A stretch of 64,000 bases of DNA, from assembly GCF_006345805.1 (NCBI RefSeq), contig NC_043007.1, positions 77,252,001 through 77,316,000 on the forward strand. Reading direction: 5' to 3'. The DNA comes from Octopus sinensis. Taxonomy: Eukaryota. This document shows positions 12,624 to 26,360 of this stretch, piece after piece (within the stretch, counting starts at the first letter, position 1; the number at the start of each line of letters is the position of its first letter). The notes under the pieces are model-generated. The model was not told the DNA's origin, did not search any database, and saw only the letters and a list, made by a program, of their open reading frames with translations. A program made the position numbers and the translations under genes.

Positions 12624-13033
12624 GGCGCAGGAGTGGCTGTGTGGTAAGTAGCTTGCTAACCAACCACATGGTTCCGGGTTCAGTCCCACTGCGTGGCATC
12701 TTGGGCAAGTGTCTTCTGCTATAGCCTCGGGCCGACCAAAGCCTTGTGAGTGGATTTGGTAGACGGAAACTGAAAGAAGCCTGTCGTATATATGTATATG
12801 TATGTATGTGTTTGTATATGTTGGTGTGTCTTGTGTTGTCCTCTAGCATTGCTTGACAAACCGATGCTGGTATGTTTACGTCCCCCGTCACTTAGCGGTT
12901 CGGAAAAGAGACCGATAGAATAAGTACTGGGCTTACAAAAGAATAAGTCCAGGGTCGATTTGCTCGACTAAAGGCGGTGCTCCAGCATGGCCGCAGTCAA
13001 ATGACTGAAACAAGTAAAAACAGTAAAAAGAGT
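12624..13033 (+). mobile_element. SINE-D, young full length
   Basis: GGCGCAGGAGTGGCTGTGTGGTAAG head, GGTTCAGTCCC B-box-like, TTGGGCAAGTG CORE-like motif, tail GCATGGCCGCAGTCAAATGACTGAAACAAGTAAAA. About 410 bp; possibly the octopus OK family (not verified). Confidence 0.85.
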
Positions 13034-13043
13034 ATATATATAT

Positions 13044-13089
<46 letters not shown>

Positions 13090-13140
13090 ATTGATATTAT
13101 AGTGTGTGTGTGTGTGGTATAAATAAATATATATATTCTG

Positions 13141-13336
13141 TTATTTGCTTCAGTCATTTGACTGCGGCCATGCTGGAGCATCGCCTTTAGTCGAACAAAT
13201 CGACTCCAGGACTTATTCTTTGTAAGCCTAGTACTTATTCTATTGGCCTTTTTGCCGAACCGCTATGTTACGGGGACGTAAACACACCAGCATCGGGTGT
13301 CACAAGCGATGTTGGGGGGCAAACACAGACGCACAG

Positions 13337-13432
<96 letters not shown>

Positions 13433-13475
13433 CGACAGGCTTCTTTCAGTTTCCGTCAACAAATCCACTCAGAAG
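13141..13475 (-). mobile_element. SINE-D, 5'-truncated, inverted relative to 12624 copy
   Basis: rc of tail and part of body; central (CA)n(TA)n expanded. Confidence 0.85.
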
Positions 13476-13529
13476 GGTATGTATAGAGAAATATATATAT
13501 ATATAGATATAAACATATATATATGCATG

Positions 13530-13579
<50 letters not shown>

Positions 13580-14819
13580 AGCGCGTACTCATTTAGTCAA
13601 CTGTGGTATGTTTGAGTTTGAAAAAAGGAATACATACAAACGCGTATTAATGCATACCTATACACACGTATTATACATATATGCATGCTCACACACAAAA
13701 TATAATACGACATATATATATATATTTGTTATTCTTTGTGGGTCTTTTTTTGCATAATGCACAATATATATAAAAAAAACAACGTTTAAATGAAATTTTT
13801 ATATTATTTTATAAACTAGTAGATAAGAATTGAATAAATAGAGAACAAGGCAGTTGTTTTGCATGTATATGTGTATATATGGATTTATGTGGCATGTATA
13901 TATATGCATATATATATCATATATGATATATATATATATATATATTATATATATGCATATATGAATTCAAGTGTATGTATGACAAAAAATTTATGTACGT
14001 ATGTATGAGTGTGTACATGTTTGTAGATATGTGTGCTTGCTTATTATGCATTGTGTATCTGTATATACATACACGTGTGTGTGTGTGTGTGTTTTGTGTG
14101 TGTATGTGTGCTAATGTAAAAGAAAAAAGGCATTAAAATCGGACAGAGGCTTTATTTATTAAGCAAGTTCTGTGAGAGAATGTGACAAATTTTGCTGATG
14201 AGATTGGCTGGTTATGGACTATTAAGTAAAAGCTGTTTTTGATTTAAAGAAATGTTTTTGCTGTCAAACGGTACTCAAATCTGACAGAAATAGCTACATT
14301 AAAAATAAAAAAAAAGTCAAAATGAAAAAACAAAAATAAAAATAGAAATAAAAATAAACCTATGTAAAGTTTTTAAGATACTTGGACTCAATCTGGGACC
14401 GAAAATCGTCATCCTTCTATTGTTCAGCAACAATGTCGATCTTTGGTGCAAAATTAAATACATCGAACACTAAACATTTGTTCGTCAAAATCCACGGACA
14501 TCGCATACTACAACTGGATGGAAATATTTTAAAAAATGGTAAAAGTTAGAAAAAAAAAAAAAGAGAAGAAAATCGTAGATAAGAAGGGAAAACGGCAAAT
14601 ACAATTGGCACCTGAAAAATGTAATGTTTCTATTTCCTCTTGGAATCTGGTTAATGAAAAGGGAATTAGAATCGCTAAAGTTGACAGAGATTTTCAAATC
14701 TCTATCTCTTTATATACATAAATCATACATACATACATACCTAGTACAAACATATATATATATATATACATACATACACATACTCGCGCGCATACCCAAA
14801 CCTACGCGTGCACACATGC

Positions 14820-14900
<81 letters not shown>

Positions 14901-14993
14901 CCTACCTACCTACCTACCTACCTACCTATCTATCTTATCTATCTTCTCTATCTACATCTATCTATCTATCTATCTACCTACCTACCTACCTAC

Positions 14994-15077
<84 letters not shown>

Positions 15078-16404
15078 AGAGCTATTTGTGCATGCATGTT
15101 TTTATGCATTTATCTACCTCTCTAGCTGTCAATTTGTCTGTCTCATCCTTTCATTTCTGTCTTTCCTTCGTTTTTTTTTTCATTCCTTATTTCTCTCCCA
15201 TCCCAACTCTCTTTCTTCTCCGTAGAAAATCGAATAAAAATTCAGTCCATGAAGAGTATTAAGGGTAGTGCTTTTAAATTTGAATGTTTGGGAAAGGAAA
15301 TCTAGTAAAGGCCAACCAGCCCTTACGTTGTATGAAACAACGTTAAAATAATGATAGAATAATGATGGAATAATGGTGAAATAATGGTAAAGTAATGATC
15401 CAGAAAGTTGGTTCCATTCATCAAATGGAGAATGTCAAAAGAAATATTTATGATTTGATTACGACGATCGTAAAATATTGGGGGAAACTAAAAGTGATGT
15501 TAAAATCAGAAGAATTTTTTTACAGAACATCGAATTTGAACTAATGACTGCAAAAGGGGGAAATAAATGAAAAAAAAAAAAATAAAAAGAGAACGAAAAT
15601 GAAAAATTAAAGAAAAAATTTGTTGTAATGAAATTAATTTTAGAAAAAGAAATGCAAAAGGGTGGTGTTGGAATGGGGTGGGTGCAAAGGAAACAAAGTA
15701 ACTAAACAAAAATAAATATATATTAAAAAGAGGGAAATATGTAAAATGTGAAAGAAAGAGGAAAATTTAGAGGAAAAACTGATTAATGCTGCATTAATAT
15801 TGCAAGGATTTTGGTTTGAATCGTATGTATATATAGCACGCACACACATACACACAAACACATACAAGCATGCACACACGAACACACACACAAATGCATA
15901 TGTACATATGTATTCACATACATACATACATTCATGCAAGTATACATATATACCTACATATACATACATGCATTCATACATGCATTCAGACATATATACA
16001 TACATATATTCATGCAAGCGTACATGTGCACCTACATATACATACCTACATACATACCTACGTACATACATACATACATGCATTAATACATACATACATA
16101 CATACATACATACATGCAAACATGCATACATACATACGTACATACATATATGCATTCATACATACGTACATACATATATGCATTCATACATTGATACATA
16201 CATACACATATAGACACATGCATACATACATACACGCATATATACAGTGACACATTTATAGATACACATCCATATATGCACATGCTTACAGTTTCATGCA
16301 CACACGTACACCACTCTACCAAACAGATGAATAACACATTTTTGATAAAGTAGTTGCAAAAATTATCTGCTACCAATATATAACTCACTGGGAGAGTAAA
16401 ATAG

Positions 16405-16567
16405 TCCAATGTGTTTTTTTTCTCTCTGTGTATCTTTCTGTTGAAGAGCGTAGGCTCGAAACGTTAAGACTTGTTTTATTTATATTCCTGAGCGCCATAC
16501 TAATACAATTGTTCGTTTGTTTTCCACCTGCCTTCGTCTTTTGTTTATTTTCATAAAGCTTCCCGTT
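16405..16567 (+). mobile_element. Short Penelope-like (PLE) terminal-repeat-derived element with HHR-like motif
   Basis: CTTT-CTGTTGA-A-GAGCgtagGCTC-GAAACGT-T at 16434-16469; ends at (TA)n; homologous to 55912-56096. Confidence 0.55.
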
Positions 16568-16619
16568 ATATATATATATATATATATATCTATATATATA
16601 TATATATATATATATAATC

Positions 16620-16890
16620 AAAAATAAGCAACAAGGATATCCAGAAGTAATTCAGTACGATCGTTTCATGCGACTACCTTTTAATTGAACAATGCAAACA
16701 TTACATCACTTTAAAATGTAGAGCAATCTTCAGTGTACAAAAATATAGAAATTAATTAAATTCGAAGGACTCATTAGTATAATTTTATCCAAAATGTCCA
16801 AAACGATAAGGAGATAGACAAAGAACGTGTTTTTACCAACAACATCACAGGAGTTACAGCTGTGATGTTATTTTAAATTTCAAATTTTAT
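16620..16890 (-). mobile_element. PLE-like element with degenerate HHR motif
   Basis: Minus strand CTGAAGA...GAAACGATCGTA; 3' end GGATATCCTTGTTGCTTATTTT shared with 31030-31200; flanked by (TA)n. Confidence 0.45.
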
Positions 16891-17048
16891 ATATATATTA
16901 TATATATATATATATATATAGGCATAGATAGCTATGGGTTTTTTTTGTCTACCTCCGATATATATTGCGTTTTAATCCGGTATGACCATATGTCCACAAG
17001 TGATATATCTCAGGAAACTGTAACTGACCTATCAACGGTGCATCTTTT

Positions 17049-17467
17049 ATCTTTTACTTGCTTCAGTCATTAAACTGCGGCCATGCTGGGGCACCGCCTT
17101 GAAGATTTTTTTAGTTGAACAAATCGACGCCAGGACTTATTTTTCTTTAAAGCCTGGTTGTTATTTCATTGGTCTCTTAACCGCTAACTTATGGAGAGGC
17201 AAACAAACCAACACCGTGGACAAGCATAGACATAAAGATACACACAGGTACGGACACAGTCACACAACCACCCAAACAAACACACACACGCACACACACA
17301 GCATATATGTATAGTATGGGTTTCATTCAGTTTCCGTGTACCAAACTCACTCACAAGGCTTTGGTCGGCCCGAGGCTATTGTAGAAGACACTTGCCCAAG
17401 ATACCACGGAGGATTGAACCACGTGTTTGGGAAGCAAATTTCTTACCACACAGCCATGTCTGCGCCT
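17049..17467 (-). mobile_element. SINE-D full length
   Basis: rc of head CTTACCACACAGCCATGTCTGCGCC and tail TTTACTTGCTTCAGTCATT. Confidence 0.8.
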
Positions 17468-17872
17468 GTATATACATCAAGTGTGATACAGCTATGTCTA
17501 TTTTAATTTAATACTGTCTCAATTGCATATAGCGAATTTTTATTCAGCTAAGTGGCTATCTGCAACATCAGTGAATATATCTTATTTACTGTCTCTTATA
17601 TCAGAGATGACGAATGTGGTTGGATGTCAGTATACGTCACTGAAAAAAGCGTTAAAAGGCTGAAATGCATCTGGCGTTATCGCTAGTGACTGCCGATGTT
17701 ATGCTTCGTATCTTTCCGATATTTATTGTCTTTTAACAGTGCGGGTCTATAAGAGATGTTATTTCAGGACAAATACCACAATAATAGGTCTACCAACGAT
17801 GTATATATCTTAAGCATGATACATAGACGGTTATTTTAATTTAATGCTGTGTATTTGTGTGTGTGTGTGTGT

Positions 17873-18090
17873 GTGAAGGCGCGTGGCCTAGTGGTTCGAT
17901 TCCCAGATCGGCTGCGCGTTTAGTTCTTGAGCAAAATACTTCATTTCACGTTGTTCCAGTCCCCTCAGCTGTAAAGCGGGAACCTTTGCGACGGGATGGG
18001 CTTCCAATCAGGGGTGGGATGTTAGTCTCCTCGCCTAGCCAGCAGGGCGGCATCATTCGAAATCTAAAACGATAGAAAACGCATTGTGCG
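17873..18090 (+). mobile_element. SINE-E, internally deleted
   Basis: GTGAAGGCGCGTGGCCTAGTGG head, TTCTTGAGCAAAATAC core. Confidence 0.55.
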
Positions 18091-18331
18091 ATGATAACCG
18101 ATAGTCTGTCGTCATGATATAACAGTCCTCGTGTTGTATACATTCGAAGTCCAGGGGTCTAATGCGCTTGGCTTAGATTTCCCTTGGCGGGCTGGCCATA
18201 TCAGCAATCTCAAGATTAATCAGCCGAAATTGCTAATGATCTGGTTATGACTATGACTGAGGGCTTCGAATGTCCCGTCCTGTGGTTCTTGTGTCGTCTC
18301 TGTGGTGTTTCATGTTCTTGTCAATCTGTAA

Positions 18332-18381
<50 letters not shown>

Positions 18382-18840
18382 TATATGTATGTATGTATGC
18401 ATGCATGTATGCATGTATGTATGTATGTATGTATGCATGTATGTATGTATGTAAGTATGTACGTATGTATGAATGTATCTATGTGTGTGTGTGTGTGTGT
18501 ATTGTGCGTACGTGTGTGTGTATAAATGTATATGTGTGTATGGGTGAATGAATCAGTGAGTGTTCTATAAAGCGTGTCGTACGTTGACATCAGCGATGTG
18601 TGAGGCAACTTTGTCATGGCTTGTTTTCCAAATGGCTAGAGACGAGAGAGAGAGAGAGCGAGAAGGGGGGGGGAGAGACAGCGACAGAGAGGCAGACAGA
18701 CACTCAGACAGACAGACAGACAACCGCTGGACCGACAGACAGACAGGCAAGCAGGCAAACAGAGAGCAGCAGTTTAAAGAAAAAAAGTGTAGAAAAGCCG
18801 TGAGTGTGGGTGTGGACGTGAGCCTGTTATATATTCCATT

Positions 18841-18880
<40 letters not shown>

Positions 18881-19171
18881 GTCTCTCTCGCTCTCTCTAT
18901 TGTTCTTTCTGTTTCTTCCTCTCCGTATGTGTGTCTTTCTGTCACTATATCGCTTCTCCTGTCCTGCTCTCTCTCTCTTTCTCTAGATAGATTTTGGCAT
19001 TGGTGAAACGATGTGACATGTTTATTGTAAAGATATTTAAACGGTCGAAGAATGACAAAAGGAAACAAAAAAAAAGAAAAAAAGTTATTCGACCCTGATA
19101 TTTGCTGGTCTGTTCTCTAGAGAATATGAATTCTTGGTTTTTTGGTCTGTATACACACACACAAGCACGCA

Positions 19172-19220
<49 letters not shown>

Positions 19221-19445
19221 GCACACATACACACACACAGAGACATACACATACACACACACACATACACACACACACACACAGAGGCACACATACACAC
19301 ACACACAGAAAACACACACACACAGATGCACACATACACACACACACTCACACAAACACATACAGAGGCACACATACACACACACACACATACACACACA
19401 CACCATACACACACACAGAGGTACACATACACACACACACAGAGG

Positions 19446-19477
<32 letters not shown>

Positions 19478-19744
19478 CATGTGCATGTGTTCATGTAGGT
19501 ATACACAGGCATGTTAATGGTAACGAAAGAGACAAGAACGCTCAATGCAAGAAGTGGAGTATAGCTAATTCAATTAACTGAGTTGTAGTTTTTACTCTTT
19601 AGTTTCTGCGTATTCATGCATCCTAAGATGATTGTTATCCTGAAACAATGACAGCACAAGACAAATATGTAAGATATATGTAAGTATGTATGTATGTATG
19701 TGTGTGTGTGTGTGTACGTATCTATGTATGAATAGGTACAGTTT

Positions 19745-19905
19745 AAAATTATACGAAAGCAAAAGACAAAAGACAAACGCACGTGAGGGAATAATAAACA
19801 GGTTGTGTTAGTTTGACGCTCAGAAGAAGTTGAAGAGTCTTTGACATTTCGAGCTTGCGCTCTTCTCAGAAAGGAATGAAACAAGAAAACAGATGGAGAG
19901 CAGAA
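19745..19905 (-). mobile_element. PLE-like element with decayed minimal HHR (19839-19873)
   Basis: Minus strand CTTT-CTGAGAA-GAGCgcaaGCTC-GAAATGTC-AAAG followed by CTGAGCGTCAAACTAACACA. Confidence 0.5.
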
Positions 19906-19950
19906 AAAACTCCGGAGGTATGTATGCATATAAACATACACATAGACATA

Positions 19951-20362
19951 GGCGCAGGAGTGGCTGTGTGGTAAGTAGCTTGCTTACCAACCACATGGTT
20001 CCGGGTTCAGTCCCACTGCGTGGCATCTTGGGCAAGTGTCTTCTGCTATAGCCTCGGGCCGACCAATGCCTTGTGAGTGGATTTGGTAGATGGAAACTGA
20101 AAAAAGCCTGTCGTATATATGTATATATATATATGTGTGTGTGTATATGTTTGTGTGTTTGTCCCCCTAGCATTGCTTGACAACCGATGCTGGTGTGTTT
20201 AGGTCCCCGTCACTTAGCGGTTCGGCAAAAGAGACCGATAGAATAAGTACTGGGCTTACAAAGAATAAGTCCCGGGGTCGATTTGCTCGACTAAAGGCGG
20301 TGCTCCAGCATGGCCGCAGTCAAATGACTGAAACTAGTAAAACAGTAAAAAGAGTAAAGAGT
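19951..20362 (+). mobile_element. SINE-D, young full length
   Basis: Near-identical to 12624-13033. Confidence 0.85.
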
Positions 20363-20375
20363 ATACACACATACA

Positions 20376-20412
<37 letters not shown>

Positions 20413-20748
20413 CGCTCAATTACGAAAGACAAGTGAATACTTTATAAGTAGTCTAAATCCTAAACAAAACCGAAAATAGTCAATACTTACTGAAAATAAC
20501 CTCCTGTATGCGCATGAGCCCAGAATACGTGTGTTTAAAAGTTGAATAACGAAAGCACCTACACACAAAATAAACATTATACGCAAACTTCTTCCACAAA
20601 GGTTAGTAACACCTGATTAAATTTTCTTTTAAATAGTTAATAACTTAAAAAATTTTTTCTTAATTATTATGACCGCATCAATTAATTTTTTACAAACGAT
20701 CTCATTTATTTATACATACATATATGCATAGATGCATAGAGACAGACA

Positions 20749-20797
<49 letters not shown>

Positions 20798-20885
20798 ATA
20801 TAATATAATATATTAAAAATCCAAACAAGAAAACAAAAAACAACAACGCAAGGATGTGGAACAAATAAAGTATTATTGGACGCTC

Positions 20886-20923
<38 letters not shown>

Positions 20924-20993
20924 TTTTTTTTTTGATTTTTCCAGTTTCAGCTAATGAGCTGCTGTGGCCATGCTGGGGCACCGCCATTTTACA

Positions 20994-21024
<31 letters not shown>

Positions 21025-21511
21025 AAATAGCATTTTATGAGTGCACTCAAAAACATTTCACATAAATGAACTTAAAGGATATATATACAGTATATATATA
21101 TATATTGATAGATATATATAGATATATGATATATATGTGTGTGAGTGTGTATATCGGTGTTTATCCCTCACCCCCACCACTACCACCATCACCACCACCA
21201 CCACCACCACCACCACCACCACCACCGCCACACAATCAGTGTTGGTGTGTTTATGTCGCTGTATCTTAGCGGCTTGACAAAAGAGACCGATGGAATAAGT
21301 ACTGGGCTTTCAAAAATAAACACCGGGGTCGATTCGTTCAGTTAAAAATTCTTCAAGGTAATGCCCCAGCATGGTCACATTCTGATGACCGGAGCAAGTA
21401 AAAGAATAAAAAAAAACATGATGTGTGTGTATGTGTACGTGGGCACGTATGTTTATGAATTTAAATGTGTGTATGCAGGTGTGTATGTTTTGTCTGGCTA
21501 AGAATATGTAC

Positions 21512-21562
<51 letters not shown>

Positions 21563-21579
21563 ATATATACGAATTTACT

Positions 21580-22158
21580 CTCTATTTACTCTTTTATTGT
21601 TTCAGCATTTGACTGCGGCCATTGCTGGAAACCGCCTTTAACGAGCAACTACGACCCGGACTTATTCTTTTTGTAAGCCCTAGTACTTATTCTATCGGTC
21701 TCTTTTTGCCGACCGCTGAGTAACGGGGACATAACACACCAGCATCGGTTTGTCAAGCAAGCGAGGGGGACAAACACAGACGCACAAACACACACACACA
21801 CGTATACTATAATATATATATATAAAATATTATTAGAGACAAAACCACTATTTTGCAAAAAAACAAGGAAAGACTTAATCAATAATAAAATTTTAATTAA
21901 ATAGTCACAAAAAACCCCACTACAATCGTTTCTTGTCTTGATCGACAATCTCAGGTGGACTTCCAATAATATATATATATATATATACATATATACGACG
22001 GGCTTCTTTCAGTTCCGTCTACCAAATCCACTCACAAGGCTTTGGTCGGCCCGAGGCTATAGCAGAAGACACTTGCCCAAGGTGCCACGCAGTGGGACTG
22101 AACCCAGAACCATGTGGTTGGTAAAAAAGCTACTTACCACACAGCCACTCCTGCACCT
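21580..22158 (-). mobile_element. SINE-D interrupted in its central (TA)n by a ~140-bp insertion
   Basis: Tail 21580-21800, head 21995-22158; foreign segment 21826-21968 between them. Confidence 0.85.
21916..21959 (-). ncRNA. Type I hammerhead ribozyme motif with 1-nt core deletion
   Basis: UCCAC-CUGA(-)GA-UUGUCgaucaaGACAA-GAA-ACgauuGU-A-GUGGG; stems I, II and III all pair. Confidence 0.65.
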
Positions 22159-22159
22159 A

Positions 22160-22385
<226 letters not shown>

Positions 22386-22747
22386 ACATATGTACACACA
22401 CACACACACACATATATTCATCCGTTCGTATCGGTATGTATACAAAAAAAAAAAAAGCAGCGTAAAGAAGAAACGGAGGATGTTAGGAAAGAAAAGAAGA
22501 GAAGAAAACATACGTAAACCAACTTCAGACACAGACAGATACAAAATATTTTTAATTGGCAAAAATGGGTGAAACAGTTCCAAAGCCGGCTTTTATAACA
22601 TTTGGCAATCCTCCATATCTGTGGTGTTTCCACAATAAACGTGGTTCATCTGGAATATTCCACATTGAAATCTACCATTCGTTTTATGGACTTCGACTAC
22701 ACGTGCCTTTCGTGCGGCATAACATCAATTATTAACCATATCAGTGG

Positions 22748-22972
22748 TAAGGCGGCGAACTGGTAGAATCGTTAATGCGCCGGACAAAATACTTAGCGTA
22801 ATTTCTTCCGGCTTTACGTTTTGAGTTCAAATTCCACCGGGCCTGACTTTGCCTTTCATCTCTTCCGGGGCCGATAAAATAAGTACCAGATGAGCACTGG
22901 AGTCGATGTAATCGACTTACTCCTTTCCTTGGAATTGCTGATCTTGTGTCAAAATTATTATTATTGTTATTA
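22748..22972 (+). mobile_element. SINE-B monomer
   Basis: AAGGCGGCGAACTGGTAGAATCG head, GCCTTTCATCTCTTCCGGGGCCGATAAAATAAGTACCAG core. Confidence 0.75.
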
Positions 22973-22974
22973 TT

Positions 22975-23878
<904 letters not shown>

Positions 23879-24580
23879 GTTTTTCCTGTAATTTACAGAA
23901 GCTGCGCTTAAGGCTCAACCAGAGACGTCAAGGGACAAGATTTTGCATTTAAAAATGCAAACATGTTAGGTGTTATGCAATTTCATAAAAAAGAAAACGG
24001 AAAAGAAAAACGGATTAAAAAAAAATAAATGAAGAAATGCAAGCGTGGTTGTATGTTTAAGAAGCTCATTTAGCAGTTATGCGTCTTCGGGTTCAATCCC
24101 ATTGCACGGCATCTAGTGCAAGTATCTTCTATTATGATACCGACTGACCAATGTCTTGTGAGTGAATTTGGTTGAGGGAACTGCATAGAAGCCTGTAGCA
24201 TACATACATACATACGTAATCCATCCATCCATCCATCCATCCATCCATCCATCCATCCATCCATCCATCCATTTATTCATCCATCCATCCATCCATACAT
24301 ACATACATGTACATATATCAATGTGTGTTTTTGATGCCCAGTTATAATAAAAACAATTTTACAGTAAACTGGATTACTTAAAACTCACTTTTACAGGAAC
24401 AGTGTTGATGGTGGCTTCGAAGTTTCGAACTGCTAGCCTTCATCGAACTGTCCAATAAAGGCTAACAGGCCGAAATTTCGAAATCACTGTCACCACCTTG
24501 TATGTATATACGTATGTATGTATGTATGTTGTATGTATGTATGTATGTATGTATGTATGTATGTATGTATGTATGTATGT

Positions 24581-25167
24581 ACAAACGTCAGGTAAGGGTC
24601 CTTGAACGCTTTCATCAGAGATGTCTCAGACACATTCTCAATGTTGGCTGGACCTCAAAAATTCCAGTCAAGGTCCTGAGGATAGCTGATATCTTGAGTA
24701 TTGAGGCGATGGTGCACAAGCACCGGTTACGTTCGACTGGACACCTTATTAGAATGAGGGATAGCAGGATTCCTAAGCAGATGCTCTATGGAGAACTTGT
24801 GAATGGAAGGAGACTCCGGCAGAAAGCAAGGCTGCGATTTAAGGACTGTGTCAAGTCCTCATTAAAGGTCTGTGATATGCAGGACACTGACTGGGAGAAC
24901 AATGCCTGTCATCGCCACAGATGGAGGAAGCAGGTTTTGAGAGAGCACGCATCCAGCATGAAGAACTTAAGCGAGCTGCTCACGGCTCGTATAGCGAATG
25001 GGGAAAGCTTGGTCTGCAATGTTTGCAGTCGTGTATGCTTGTCAAGAGCAGGGCTTATTAGCCACCAACGGAGCCGCAAATGCAAAATATAAGTTAGTCC
25101 TAGAGCGCACAATGTTCCTGAAGGTCGGCAATGGTCTTCCTCGGTCACGAGTGGACGGCCATCATCA
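24581..25167 (+). mobile_element. RTE-clade (BovB-like) LINE 3' fragment
   Basis: Translation LERFHQRCLRHIL...IEAMVHKHRLRSTGHLIRMRDSRIPKQMLYGEL...RLRFKDCVKSSLK...WENNACHRHRWR and C-terminal CNVCSRVCLSRAGLISHQR match the RTE post-RT region; short 3' UTR ending GGACGGCCATCATCA. Confidence 0.85.
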
Positions 25168-25198
25168 TGTATGTATGTATGTATGTATGCATGCATGT

Positions 25199-25595
25199 CA
25201 TTGCTCAGTTTTATTTCAAGATTTCTTGCCGAAGGAGAAAGAACCGGTTTCTAGCTTACATCCAAGGTTCCTTTACTGGAATTTCAACATCAACAACAGG
25301 GTATTTTTTTATGCATGCATATGTACAGATTTGTATGTTTTGTTTTATGTACGTATTCTCATGTATATAGCTGCATATCTAGACATGCTTATATATACCT
25401 AAATGATAAACTTCTGGAAAGTTTTACAGATTTTTACAGTTCCAGTGATGCATTGGAACTGTAGTCTTCGAATAAGTTTTCTCCTTTTTGGTTTTGAGAA
25501 GCCGAATTTCTCAAGATTGGTATTTAGGCAGTGTGTTACATATCCCAGGGCCCCAATAATTGCCGGTACAAACTTGAATTTGTAATCTGGAATGA
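25199..25595 (-). mobile_element. R4/Dong-like LINE extreme 3' end
   Basis: PDYKFKFVPAIIGALGYVTHCL...GTVKICKTFQKFII*, homologous to the C-terminus of the 10027-11747 element, plus 3' UTR. Confidence 0.8.
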
Positions 25596-26000
25596 GTAAC
25601 AACAACAACAATAACAATCACCATCACCACCAGCAACAACAATCACCACCACCACCACCACCACCACCAACAACAACAACAATAACAATCACCAACACCA
25701 CCACCACCAACAACAACAGTAACAGCAACAGTAACAAGAACAACAATCAAACACCACCACCACCACCACCACCAACAACAACAACAATCACTACCAACAA
25801 CAATCACCACCACCAACAACAACCACCATCACCACTACTACCAACAACAATCACCATCACCACCACTACCACCACCACCACCACCAACACCACCACCGCC
25901 ACCAAGAACAACAACAACAGCAACAACAACGCCGCCACCGCCACCACCACCACCACCACCACCACCAAGACTAACAACATCAACAAGAAGAATAACCAGA
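25596..26000. repeat. (AAC)n/(CAC)n compound microsatellite
   Basis: Direct reading. Confidence 0.9.
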
Positions 26001-26187
26001 ACAATAAATCATGCGAGTAAACCTTGTCAACATTGAATACCGATGTTGAGGATTGTTTCGCAGTCTGGCAGAGGGTTTGGAGGTACTCTTAGAATATGGA
26101 ATCTGAAGCACAGCCAGAGCAAGATGAAAGATGGTAGATGCGGTAGTTGTGGTGATGGCAGAGATGGCTGAGTGGTAGTGCTGGGAA

Positions 26188-26252
<65 letters not shown>

Positions 26253-26286
26253 GTCTGTCTGTCTGTCTGTCTGTCTGCCTGCCTGC

Positions 26287-26360
<74 letters not shown>

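Noticed and set aside
14195-14201. CTGATGA core sequence
   Set aside because: No stem II or GAAA/UH downstream; also true of CTGATGA at about 21383 and 32283.
18255-18285. CTGAGGG..CGAATGTC, HHR-like remnant
   Set aside because: Core and GAAA are both defective; not supportable.
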